Below the pieces are notes generated by a model. The model did not search any database and had not been told where the DNA came from. It saw only the letters and a program-made list of their open reading frames with translations. Below, piece after piece: positions 38,761 to 50,776 of a DNA stretch of 64,000 nt; position 1 is the stretch's first letter; each line of letters starts with the position of its first letter. The translations under genes and the position numbers were made by a program. The DNA is from Sphyrna mokarran (lineage: Eukaryota), in assembly GCA_024679065.1 (NCBI GenBank), contig JAGIQG010000040.1:3534001-3598000 (forward strand), read 5' to 3'.

Positions 38761-39074
38761 GAGGTTAAACATTGCAGAAACGCCGAACTGTTTAACAAAA
38801 GAAAGGCATTTAAAGTAACCCAGCCACACACTGTCCTCAGCAGATAAACACCAAATCACAATAAGAAACTGAACCACTCAATATTAACTTCTGTCAAATA
38901 ACAGTAGAATTCTGTAACCCCCGTTTTAAGCAGGAGCACATGAAACATTGTAAAGATTTTCAGCACAGAATCCACCAAACCACATTTCAGTGAACAAGTG
39001 AACTAATAAAACCGAGAAAAATATAAAACAAAAATTCAAATCAAACACTAACTCAATAAATGCATGGCTCTTAC

Positions 39075-39122
39075 TTGCAGTCACCGTCACCATGGTCCCT
39101 TGTCCCCAGTCATTCATGCCAT
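39075..39122 (-). CDS. IGHJ: IgH J segment (GMNDWGQGTMVTVTA)
   Basis: WGQG motif and GTAAG donor. The 5' 23-RSS has heptamer 39123-39129, a 23-bp spacer and nonamer ACAATAACC at 39153-39161. Confidence 0.97.
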
Positions 39123-39488
39123 CACAGTGTCACATTCTCTAGGTTGGGTCATACAATAACCATGCCTGCACAAAATAGACAGAAATCCATCAGTATTTAA
39201 AAAAATCACAACCCAGAGGGAAAGTAAATCACTGCATTTTTGTGGAATTATTATTGTACTGGTAGATGCTGTTCGCTCTACATAAATAATCTTAATGTTT
39301 TATATTTCATACAGAATCACATGATCAAGTTATTGAAAACACTAACTGATAATCAAATAGTTATTACAGATTTTCCATCTTAATTCTCGTTATTTGTGTA
39401 GTGCTGGGACATAAATAATACAGCATAAATAATAATGCTGGATTGTAAAACAGAGCACTGTCCCAGTCTCGGTCAATTAGTGCTGAGG

Positions 39489-39557
39489 GTTTTTTGTATT
39501 GACAGTGACTGTTGTGCCATCCCAATCATCACAGTGGGGTATAGCGTGTCAAATACT
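39489..39557 (-). other. IGHD: IgH D2 (ATGATTGGGATGG, 39517-39529) with 12/12 RSSs
   Basis: 5' RSS CACAGTG-12-TCAAATACT; 3' RSS CACAACA-12-ACAAAAAAC. Confidence 0.9.
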
Positions 39558-39868
39558 GTGCCCGCCTGCTAACTGTAAAATACAGAGCTTTAATTTCACT
39601 GTTCTCTCAAATATCTGATTCTGCCTTAACCACAAGAGAATGAGTGAGTTATTTCAGCTTGCCCTTGTCATTATATTTATAAAGGGCATTGGATTGCTTT
39701 TAATCTCCGTGTAGATTTAGCACATCGGTCAATACAGATTTTACGGAAAGAGTTTTATACCTTTTCACAAACTAATATTATTTTCACACATTATTTCATT
39801 GAAGCCTCATTTACTTTGAAAATCCTGCTGTGGTACTGCTTGCCAATTTGAGCAATCTCTTTCCATGA

Positions 39869-39949
39869 GGTTTTTGTATGAGGATGTTGCTGTGCTCAGC
39901 ACTGTGACCTTACTGTAGTATCACAGTGACATACACCCGCACAAAAGCT
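39869..39949 (-). other. IGHD: IgH D1 (ATACTACAGTAAGGT, 39907-39921) with 12/22 RSSs
   Basis: 5' RSS CACAGTG-12-ACAAAAGCT; 3' RSS CACAGTG-22-ACAAAAACC. Confidence 0.95.
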
Positions 39950-40294
39950 ATACTCTGTTCAGTACTGCCGCCCGATATTTAAATAGACCATTATTTCACT
40001 GTAATTTACAATTTATGCAGCAGTTTACAAAACCCAATCTAGAAACACCTCCTCCAAGTATCATAAATAGTGAAACGAGTATTATATCCGGGTATGTAAT
40101 TGCTGAAACTGTTAAAAGTTAATGTAAAGAGTGAAAATCTCAGTCCATTATGTGTGTGTATTTTCTTGGTTTAATGTTAAATTTTCACTAAGTTGGGTTT
40201 GTGTTTTAGTTCTGATCACTATTCGTTATTGTTGTATTTCAAACAGATACTGACCTTCAGGTTACGATGGAAGTTGCGGAATCCCCTCTTGAGC

Positions 40295-40333
40295 AGTTCT
40301 TGTTAGGGTCCATCCCTGGGTCCTCTTGCTGTG
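40295..40333 (-). other. VH 23-RSS
   Basis: CACAGCA-23-ACAAGAACT directly after YYCAKD. Confidence 0.92.
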
Positions 40334-40638
40334 GTCTTTTGCACAGTAATAGATGGCGGTGTCTTCGGTCTTCAGGCTCGTCATCTCCAAAGAGAAGGTA
40401 TTGTTTGAAATATCTTTGGACGCAGTAAATCGATCCTGAATCTCTGGGGCGTAGCTGCTGTCAGATGAAGTATAGTAGTAAACCAACCATTCCAGCCACT
40501 GTCCGGGGACCTGTCGGACCCAGTACATGCGGTAGCTATCAACATTGAAGCCGCTGATATTACAGGTCAGTGTCAGGGAGCCTCCGGGACGCCTGGTTTC
40601 TGTCTCTGGCTGAGTCAATACAACCTCCGACTGGACAC
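40334..40638 (-). CDS. IGHV: IgM VH exon (open frame)
   Basis: (G)[25 protein letters not shown]...[12 protein letters not shown]...RFTASKD...[11 protein letters not shown], with a TTTTTACAG acceptor. Confidence 0.97.
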
Positions 40639-40760
40639 CTGTAAAAATAGATTAAAAAAACCCCGAGGATTAATCGTGGTGAACTGATTGCTGACTTTGC
40701 AGCAAAGATTGAGACATTAACAGTGAGAGACTTGGACAATTGCAAAAAAAAACTACTCAC

Positions 40761-40806
40761 CGGGTAAGAAAGTCAGCAGCAAACTAAGAGAAATCGCTGA
40801 CCTCAT
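40761..40806 (-). CDS. IGHV: VH leader exon (MRSAISLSLLLTFLP-G)
   Basis: Hydrophobic signal peptide with a phase-1 GTGAGT donor. An in-frame upstream ATG lies at 40818. Confidence 0.93.
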
Positions 40807-40895
40807 CTCTCTGGTCATTTGAGGGAAATGGTTGTGTCAGGAACTCAATGAACAAACCAGCTCCTGGACTGTTGGATTCCAGTCCCAGTGAGCGG

Positions 40896-40903
40896 TATTT
40901 AAA
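40896..40903 (-). promoter_or_regulatory. TATA-like box (TTTAAATA) of the VH promoter
   Basis: About 90 nt upstream of the ATG. No octamer was seen nearby, as is typical of shark VH promoters. Confidence 0.6.
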
Positions 40904-43219
40904 CAGCCGGCAGAAGGGGGCGGCTTTCCAGGCGCCGCCTGTTGATTCCCTGGTGAAGGCGGCGACTGGATCCACGTCCCACCTTCCACACCTCCAACAG
41001 AATGGACTCACAGATTTACAATTGGATAATATTAAAATGGGCATTTTATCCGTGTCAGGATAGTGTTTGGCTGAATATGTGCATTGTAATTTCTGCACTG
41101 TTTCTAATGGTGATATTGCACTTCATCATTTCTTTATTTTAAAAAAAACTAATTCCTCTGTAAATATGGTGATTTTATTACCACGCTCCTAACAAGAACA
41201 GAAATCTAAAAATGATGAAATAATATTTTCAAATAATAAGGAGATCTTCAGTCTATTTTGCAACAATTCCGGGCCTCTGTACATTACAATAATAAACAAA
41301 GAACAAAGAACAAAACAGCACGGGAAACAGGCCCTTCGGCCCAACGAGCCCGCGCCGACACCCCGTAAGTTAGCAGAATAATTGTTATCAATTCCTGTAA
41401 CTAAATGCGGGGGATGAACAAAGTGATTCTATTTACAGTGTGGATGGCTATCACTGAACAATTTGTGTTTGGAAGTGAGAAGAAACTCTCACATTATACA
41501 ATGTTTCTCCTTAAATTTGTCAAACTGCTCCAATCTCGAAAACAGCCCTTTGAAAATAATAAGAATCCCGCTCTCCTGATAATTAAGTAGTGAGTTGTCC
41601 GAAAAACGTAAAATAAACATCGACTTTTGACTGAGAAGTTCATGAATCGGAACGGACACTGAGATGATTAAAGTTCTCCTTCGGCATCCAAATCATTGCA
41701 GCTCACTCTATTGGCCACCGGCTGTCTAACATTCGTCGATGTTGGAACACAGGATACTAGGATTTTGTGGCACATTGCACAATGTCACAAGAATAAATTT
41801 TTATCTTCCATTGAATTAGATTATGAATTGATCACTTCTCCGCTCATTGGCAGCTATGAGAGGAACTCTGCAATAATGGAAATTAGATTATACTGTACAA
41901 TAGAAGAAGGTGCAAATCAGGTGCAAGAGACTGTGCTGTTTAAATGAGATACAGAACTTTCAAAATATTCCAGGAATCGCTGGTGTTCCTGACAGTTTTA
42001 TGACATTTTTTTAATATTATTTCGATGCATTTTTGGCTATTGCTCTGTTCTCAGTTGACTGGGGAATTGGGATCATCAACACCTCCCTCGCATTTCATGA
42101 AGTGGTTAGTAAGCATACTTCAATTATTGGAGTGGCATTTACTTGGAAATGAAAAATCATCTGGTCAATTTATTGTTTTGCGGTACTATTTACTCATAAT
42201 GAACAGGATAATGAATGAAAATATTTGATTGGAATGATTACCATTTAAAATGCGTCAGTCTTGTGGGAATAAAATATTTATTGTTTAAATGGCTGAATCC
42301 CATTTTGTCCATGCTGTCAAATGCTCAAAATTATTGACAGAAAGCATCTGGGAGTGTTTGTGCAGTAGATCAAAGATCTGTTTCCTCAGTACTGACCGCT
42401 TGGCTGCAAGCCAACTTAAAAATCTTCATATTGTCAATGAGGCCTATTTATAAACAAATCTACCCAGCAACAGTACTGGAGGTACTTTAAGTTTTTAAAG
42501 TTGTAAATCTGGGTATTTTTTCCCATCTCTAAAGAAAGGAGAGTCATGCAACTTTTCTGGCAACTTGTTAGCAACAATGATGATTTTTCTAACAAATCAA
42601 GATATTGTGATAGTTGGATAGAAAGAATTACAGTCAAACTGAGAGATGTCCCAGAGAGACGATATATGAGCATTATGTTGTAATGTCTTTTCTGTTATCT
42701 TTCCATGGGATGTTTGGTTGGAAAGACCAGCACTTTTTCCCTATCCCAAATTCTCCTGAACTGATTGGTTTTCTCGGTTACTTCTGAAGATGTTGAAAAG
42801 TCAGCTATTTTGCTGTCCGTCTGTAATCACATTCTTGGGAGACCAGGTAGCAATGGCAGATTTTTTCCCACTGGGTAATCAGAGATGTTCCGCCATTAGT
42901 TTATATTCAAGAATTATTAATCGAATTCAACTTCTATCAGCTGCAATAGCCCAAATTAAACCTTGTGCTCATATTATTGTCCTGGGCCTCTGAATCATTG
43001 GATTAATTAATTTAATATTATGTCACAAACGACACAAACAATAAATGTATTACTACGTTGATGCAGGAATGAATGACATTTGAATGAATGATGTTTAGAT
43101 GAATGACAGTTTGATGTCTGATATCTTGATTGAGGAATCAGTGAATGAATTGATGGATGCATTGATAGGTCGCATTGAAAGATGCTGTTCTACATTCCCA
43201 TATTTGTGCAGGAGTAACA

Positions 43220-43710
43220 TAGGGGGTTAGCTGCAGAATACAAAGTTCTCTCTGCATTGCCGAATTAAATACTCTAAAGGCAAGAATAGCATGAATCAGT
43301 ACTAGTCAGTACAGTCTCCCTCTGCACTATTCAAATCAACATTTCCAGAACAGTATACTGTCTAAAAACAGAGTGAACCTCCCTGTATAAAGTCTGCTCA
43401 AACAAAACAAAAGCAGAAAGAAAATAGACACTCTTCTACGTAAAACCTCTCCTGCACCCTTCCTTTCGAGATTCGGGAGGCAGATGCTAGGTACAGCGGA
43501 AAGATCTTCTACTCAGTTCCATAAAACACATCCAGGTCAAGTACAGCAGACATTAGATACGAATTAAATCTTGATATTGACAAAGTGATGTCAAACATTC
43601 AAAAGGCATTGAGTTTAGATGCAATGCAAATATTCCTCCGCACTGTCCAGTCAAATAGCTCCAGTCGAGGTTAGATACAGAAGAAATTGTAGCAAGCATT
43701 TCAAGAACGC
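43220..43710. repeat. Highly degenerate ~60-bp satellite
   Basis: Recurrent TTAGATAC...CTCC.TCTGCACTGTCC..TCAAACA..CCAGG...GTACAGC units. Confidence 0.55.
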
Positions 43711-44569
43711 AGAATGCTCAAGAGATCTTTTAGAGCAAATTTCATTCACGGATTTCAATTCATTGAATTATATTCTTTTAGAAACCTATAACTCTGGATG
43801 ACAGAATACATTGGACAGACATCGAATTTATGCTGTGGAGTGAAGACCATGAACCATCGTGAAGAGACAAGACACAGACCAGACAGGAGAAAGACAGAGA
43901 AAGAGATGAAACAGAGGATATTTCCACAAATACATTTGCAGTGTCATTACATTTTGGGATCAGAGGAATTATATTTCCTAATTCTCAACATAAAAATCAT
44001 CATGATGTTTTCCTCACATAACTGATGTATAAATGATGTTGAAAAACAATCGTCACTGGAATCCGTTGATTGATTTGCATGGGTGTCTCTATTTCTGTGC
44101 TGTGTTGGTGGGGAAATATTTGTTGTATTTTTTGAAGGTCAACAATCTAATTTGAAATTTCTATTTTTGTATTTATTTACATAAATACCTCACTGTTTAC
44201 AATGAAATGTTTATGACAGCAAAACTAGATAAACTGTCACTTATTGATGAGTTAAACTCAGAGGCTTATTTTAAGAATATTAACAGTCGGTTCAAAATAA
44301 ATAGAAACTTTTTGAATAATCATAACACCAGTTGTATCTACTTAAAAGAAAATAATATATTCCATTTCAAAATTAGTTCTGAAAATTCTGATGTCACAAT
44401 TAACAACGCACCTGTGAACCGGCAGATTTTCATCAGAATGTTAATTTGATTGAAGATTTAATTTGTTTAAATAGGCAAGTTAAATAATAAAAAAGTCTGA
44501 TGTCTGAAGCATTTCTGTCTCAAATAGTGATCAAACTCACACGACAGAAGAATAAAAAATCCAGTGTGG

Positions 44570-45050
44570 TTATCACTAAGAGATACAGGCGGCAGCGAAA
44601 CGGATTCGATTCCAATCCTGGGTGACTGTGCGTCGTTTTCACATTCTACCTATATCCATGTGGGTTTCCTCTGAGTGCTCCAGTTTCCTTCCACAGACCG
44701 AGGATGTGCAGATTAGGCGGATTGGCTGTGATAATTTGCCTCTTATCCTCCAATGATATGCAACGTAGAATCATAGGATACTAGATACTATTCGCAGAAG
44801 GATACTATTCGGTTCATCAGGTCTGCACCAGCTATCCAGCAAAGCATCCTTCAGAGGCCCTAGGTAGATTGTCTATACTAAATTTCATATTAGTGTTCAA
44901 CGATGTGTAAGTTGAGGGGATTACCCTGTGAATCTGTGCCTATATCGGGATAGCGTGAAGGTAGGGCCCAGGTAGGATGATCTGCTAAAGAGCCGTTGCA
45001 GGCTTGTTGGACCGAATGACCTCCTTTTAAACTGTTGGGATTCTATGATT
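44570..45050 (+). mobile_element. tRNA-derived SINE with nested insert
   Basis: B-box-like GATTCGATTCC and CATGTGGGTTTCCTCTGAGTGCTCCAGTTTCC body; CR1-like tail. Confidence 0.65.
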
Positions 45051-45759
45051 TTATGTTGCTATTGTCAGACAGAAGAGTGACTATATTCGCATTAATCTCA
45101 GCACTTCCAAATAATTACAATTTTCACTTTGATGGAACTTGCATTTATATAACACCTCACCCGATCTCATGTCGTCCTAAAGTCCTTAAAGCTCACTGCA
45201 AATTTGTTGAAATTAAACCTTTGTTGAATTTAGTCACTGCAGCAATGTGGGAAATACAGCAAGTAATTTGCGTACAACATGCTGCAACAAAGCGAGATGT
45301 GATAAATGGCCAGTAAATTAGTGATTCTATTTGAAGAATGAGGATTAGGGTACGATATTGGGGAGAACAACCTTACTCTTCCTACTATATAAAGAGATTT
45401 TGCACCCTGACAGCGACTTTACATGTGAATTTGGTTCTCTATCTGCTGATGTCCACTGAGCTGCTGAGTGGCACTTTTAATTATTAGTTTTAGATTTCTG
45501 GAACCTGCAGCAATTTGCACTGTTTTCATTGATCCTCTGGATGTGAGCATCACTGACGAAGCCAACAATAATTATCCCTGCTGAAAAGGTGATTATGAAC
45601 CATCTGGTTGAAACATGCCCTCTGGATGATTTTTTTTTTGACTTTCCATAACAGCTTTTATATAACTGGATGGTCTGCTCGGCAATTTCAGTGGTGGTGA
45701 AGGATGATTTTCATCACAGTGGAAATGGAATCTATGTGGGACAGACAGGGGAAAGATGA

Positions 45760-46241
45760 GAATCTTCGGTTTTGTTGTTATTCCAAAGAGAATATATTGT
45801 TTTAAGTATTCTGCAAAGAGGAAAATCTGGAAAATTTCAGAAGGTCTGGTAATATCTTAAAGAGAGAAAATAACTGATGTTTCGAGTCCAGTGGCCTTTT
45901 GACAAAGCTTTGACAAAGGGTCATCCGGACTTGAAAAGACAGCTCTTCTCTCCTTACAGATGCTGCCAGACTTATTGAGATTTTCCAGCATTTTCCCTTT
46001 ACGTTGTTTTAAATGACTTTGGGCGGAGTAAATTGATTCTGAATCCCTGCGGCGAGGAATTGGAGGTTGATCCAAGACTGTCGTACTGAAGAAGACACTA
46101 TATAAACATTGTCCGGAGATCGATGGGGCCCAGACCGCCCAGTTGCTGCCAACATTCAACGCGTTGGCTTTACAGCTCAGTCTCAAGGAGCCTCAGGGAC
46201 GCCCAGTTTCTGCCTGTAGCTGAGTCAACATATTCAATACA
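45760..46241 (-). pseudogene. IGHV: VH pseudogene
   Basis: MLTQLQAETGRP*GSLRLSCKANALNVGSNWAVW...GIQNQFTPPKVI*N[insertion]NIFSLE..KTEDS. The acceptor is mutated to ACAT and there are stops and frameshifts. No YYC, RSS or leader was found. Confidence 0.85.
45806..46003. mobile_element. ~200-bp fold-back (palindromic) element with a 9-bp TSD
   Basis: The arms are imperfect reverse complements. TTGTTTTAA is duplicated at 45797-45805 and 46004-46012. Confidence 0.75.
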
Positions 46242-46792
46242 TGTAAAAATATTAAAAAAAAACAATGAAAGCAAAAGGCCACACAGCCCGGATATACTCT
46301 CTCTCGTCAGGAACAAGATAGGTAAGTATGAGGACACGTACAAGCCGACTAAAATTAGCTTCTTTCCTGCTACAATCAAACTTTTGAAGGACTACCTCGC
46401 ATTGAATTGATCTTCCTCTACATCCTAGCTATGACTGCAACACGACATGCTGCGCTTCTCATTTCCTTCTCTATGTACAGTATGTTTTCTCTGTACGTGG
46501 TGCAAGAAAGAATAATTTTCAGTGTGTACTAATATGCATGACAATAATAAATCAGATGAAACCAAACCAAATCAAATCAAATAAATTCATCGGATTATAC
46601 CCGATGAATTGATTGCTGACACTGTAACATTCCAGAGATAGAGTAAAACTGAAACAGTGAAATCCATTGTGATGTTTCTGCTAATCCAAGAGGTGAAATT
46701 GCATTTGCGCCTCTGTTACAGAAAAAAAACTCTTTCATTGCAAATTAAATCCCTACGTTTATGTGCCTCTCCAAAACTGAATAGACGTAAAC

Positions 46793-48405
46793 AAGTATTG
46801 TAGTAGATAGGGAGGATGTGTTAGAAATTCTCGAGGGTTTGAAGTTGGATAAGTCCCCTGGGCCGGACGGGATTTACCCTAGGATTCTCTGGGAGGCAAG
46901 AGAGGAGATTGCAGAGCCTCTGGCTCTGATCTTCAGGTCCTCGTTGGTTACGGTGTGGTTCCGGAGGACTGGAGGATAGCGAATGTGGTCCCATTGTTTA
47001 AGAAGGGGAAGAGAGACCTTCCAGGGAATTATAGGCCAGTGAGTCTTACTTCTGTTGTGGGCAAGGTATTGGAGAGAATTATTAGGGATAGGATTTATAG
47101 TTATTTAGAGAGAAATGAATTGATTGGGGATAGTCAGCATGGTTTCGTGAAGGGTAGTTCATGCCTTACTAACCTCATTGAGTTTTTTGAGAAAGTGACC
47201 AGAGAGGTGGATGGGGGTAAGGCGGTTGATGTAGTATATATGGCCTTTAGTAAGGCTTTTGATAAGGTGGCCCATGGAAGACTTCTACAGAAAATGAAGA
47301 TGTGTGGAATAGAGGGTGATTTAGCTAATTGGATTAGAAATTGGCTGGCAGATAGAAGACAGAGGGTGGTGGTTGATGGGAGATATTCATCGTGGAGTTC
47401 GGTGACAAGTGGTGTGCCTCAGGGGTCTGTTTTGGGGCCCCTGCTGTTTGTATTTTTTATAAATGATCTGGATGAGGGTATTGAGGGATGGATCAGTAAA
47501 TTTGCAGATGACACTAAAGTCGGTGGAGTGGTAGATAGTGAAGAGGGGTGTTATAGTTTACAGAGTGATTTGGACAAGTTGCAGAGCTGGGCCGAGAGGT
47601 GGCAAATGGAGTTTAATGTGGAAAGTGTGAGGTAATGCACTTTGGCAGGAACAATAAATGTGTAGAGTATAGGGCTAATGGTAGGGCTCTTAATAGTGTT
47701 GAGGAACAGAAGGATCTTGGTGTATGTGTCAATAGATCCTGAAAGTAGGCAGTCAAGTGGATAAAGTTGTTAAGAAGGCATATGGAGTCTTAGCTTTTAT
47801 TGGTAGGGGGATTGAATTTAGGAGCCGCAGCATCATGTTGCAACTGTACAAAACTCTAGGGCGGCCGCACTTGGAGTATTGTGTACAGTTCTGGTCCCTG
47901 CATTATAAGAAAGATGTGGAGGCATTGGAGAGGGTACAGAGGAGGTTTACCAGGATGTTGCCTGGTATGGAAGGCAGGTCCTATGAAGAGAGGTTGAAGG
48001 ATTTGAGGTTGTTTTCGTTAGAAAGGAGGCGGCTAAGAGTGGATCTTATTGAAGCATATAAGATGATTAGAGGTTTAGATAGGGTGGACAGTGATAGCCT
48101 TTTCCTAGGATGGAGAAAGCTAGCACGAGGGGACACAGCTTTAAATTAAGGGGTATGAGTTATAGGACGGATATCAGAGGTAGGTTCTTTACTCAAAGAG
48201 TGATTAGGGAGTGGAATGCCCTGCCTGCAGCTATCGCAGATGCACCAAGTTTGGTGGCGTTTAAGAGGTTAATTGATAAGTATATGGAAGAGAAGGGAAT
48301 GGTTTAGTTTGGAGGGGCATTGCTTTTTATTTTGGTCGGCACAACATCGAAGGCCGAAGGGCCTGTTCTGTGCTGTAATGTTCTATGTTCTATGTTCTAT
48401 GTTCT
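46793..48405 (+). mobile_element. Young 5'-truncated CR1 LINE (RT)
   Basis: Near-identical by eye to 57586-59188, with FADD motif and (GTTCTAT)n tail. Confidence 0.95.
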
Positions 48406-48744
48406 AAGATGACAGTACCTTATCAAGTAAGGACGTCAATCTGATTTGCAATAATTCTGTGTTTCTAACATATTGTAGCAAAAATATAATTCATTGGAGG
48501 AATCATTATCCATTTATTGAATGTCAGGTGAGGATAGCTATCACTGTAACTTGGGACTCAACATAAAAAGAATGGACGATGTTGTTATCTTAAGATAATT
48601 AATCCACAAAATCAACTAGTGTTCTCAGGCTTCGAATCCGACTGTGGCAGAGAGGTGGAATTTAAATTCAGTAAAAAAAAATCTGGAATTAAGAATCTAC
48701 TTATGTCCATGGTAGCATTGCCGACTGTGTAAAAATTTATCTAG

Positions 48745-49142
48745 TTCCTTGAGACTGAGCTGTAAAGCCAACGCGTTGAATATTGGCAACAACTAGATGG
48801 TCTGGGCCCCACAGATCTCTGAACAATGTTTACATGGTGTCTTCTTCAGTACGACAGTCTTGGATCAACCTCCAATTCCTCGCCGCAGGGATTCAGAATC
48901 AATTTATTCTGCCCAAAGACATTTAAAACAACGTAAAGGGAAAATGCTGGAAAATCTCAATAAATCTGGCAGTATCTGTAAGGAGAGAAGAGCTGTCTTT
49001 TCAAGTTCGGATGACCCTTTGTCAAAGCTTTGTCAAAAGTCCACTGGACTCGAAACATCAGTTCTTTTCTCTCTTCGAGATATTACCAGACCTGCTGAAA
49101 TTTTCCAGATTTTTCTCTTTTGGTTTCAATTGCAGAATACTA
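48745..49142 (+). pseudogene. Inverted partial copy of the VH pseudogene plus fold-back element
   Basis: Reverse-complement match to about 45803-46192, inserted within a SINE-like repeat. Confidence 0.85.
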
Positions 49143-50643
49143 ATGTACTAATGTCTTTTAGCGAAGGGAACCTGCTGTCCTCATTTTGTTTGGCGTATAT
49201 GTGACTGCAGAGCCACTTCAATGTGGTTGGCTCTCAACTTCCCTGGGACAAGGGCTGGGCAATAAATGCTGATCATCCAGTGGCACTTATGTCCATAGAA
49301 TCCCTGCAGAGCAGAAGGAGACCTTTTGGCCTATTGTGCCAAACACTATTCTCACTCACGCCCTATACACATCACCCCACGTAGATACCCTGCTAATTCC
49401 CTTGACACGATGGGAAAATTTATCGTCGCCAATCTGCCTATCTTTGGACAGTATGAGTAAATAGGCAGACAATTGGAGAACATACAGACTCCAGAGAGAC
49501 AGTGACTCCACACAGAACCAAACCGGGAACTGAACCTGGATCTCTGGGTCTGTGAGGCAGAAATGCTGACAACTATGCCACCGTGAGGCCCACGAATGAA
49601 TTCAAAAAAGATCCTCATATGTTACAATGCTATTCCTTATATTCTTCCAACAGCTCCTTAACCCTGTGAAAATTAACGGTGGGAGAAACCTGGTTGGCTT
49701 AATTATTTGAGTGCACACATAAACATAAAATTGAAATCGACTTTTGAGGGAGAATTTAATGAATTTCCATTCTGTCCAATCAGGAAATTTCTCCATCAGC
49801 ATCCAAATCATTGCCGCTCATTTTATCGACCACCGGCTGTCCAACATTCACTGGTCATGGGAGCACGAGACATCAGAACTTTGCAGCATATTGCATAATA
49901 TCACAAGAATAAATATTTTATTTTCCATTGAACCAGGATATGAACCAGTCATTTCTTCACAGATTGGCAGCTTTGAGAGGTACTTGTTTAATAATCGAAA
50001 TCAGATTATGCTGTACAATAGAACATAGTACTATTCAGGTGCAAGAGACTTTGTATATTTAATGAGGTGCAGAACGCTGAAAATATTTCGAGGCAGATGT
50101 AAGACATTCTTTTGCTTTTAATTATTTTCATTTTTAGGCCATTACACTGATCTCAGGGACTGGGGACATCAAAATCTCTTCCGTGCACTTCATGAAGTTA
50201 CTCACAAAGTGGCTTTTATCATTGGAAGGACATTTATTTTGAAGTTATACAAATGAAATAGCACCTTGCCGATTTACTAGTTGCCGATACTGTTTAATCA
50301 CATCATGAATAGCGCATTCATTTAAAATATTTGCTTGGAATGAAGCAGTCCGTGCCCATATGCAGCAATCTTAGAACATATTCAGGCTTGTCTGAACAGT
50401 GGATAATAACATTAACGCTAAGCAAGTGACAGGCAGTGACCTTCTTCAAGCAAGAGAGATTCCAAACATCTCCCTTAGATATTAAATGGCACGAAGACGT
50501 CTGAACAACGTCCCCCTTCACTATCATCATTCTGGGAATTACCATTGGTTAAAAAAAATGAATTGGCTCAGCCATGTAAATAATATTGCTGTAAGAACAG
50601 GTCAGAGGTTGGGAATTTTGTGTTGAGTAGCTCACCTCCTGAC

Positions 50644-50776
50644 TTAGAACATAGAACATAGAACATTACAGCACAGAACAGGCCCTTCGGCCTTCGATGT
50701 TGTGCCGACCAAAATAAAAAGCAATGCCCCTCCAAACTAAACCATTCCCTTCTCTTCCATATACTTATCAATTAAC
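50644..50776 (-). mobile_element. CR1 3'-end fragment
   Basis: Reverse complement of about 48268-48408, including the variants that distinguish that copy from the 59 kb copy. Confidence 0.85.

Noticed and set aside
24907-40806. IgM1gj, IgW or IgNAR identity, or a germline-joined cluster
   Set aside because: There are four mu-type C exons including CH2, and V, D1, D2 and J are separate with intact RSSs.
45716-45760. CACAGTG near the end of the pseudo-VH as its RSS
   Set aside because: It is in the wrong orientation for a minus-strand V and has no nonamer at 12 or 23 bp.
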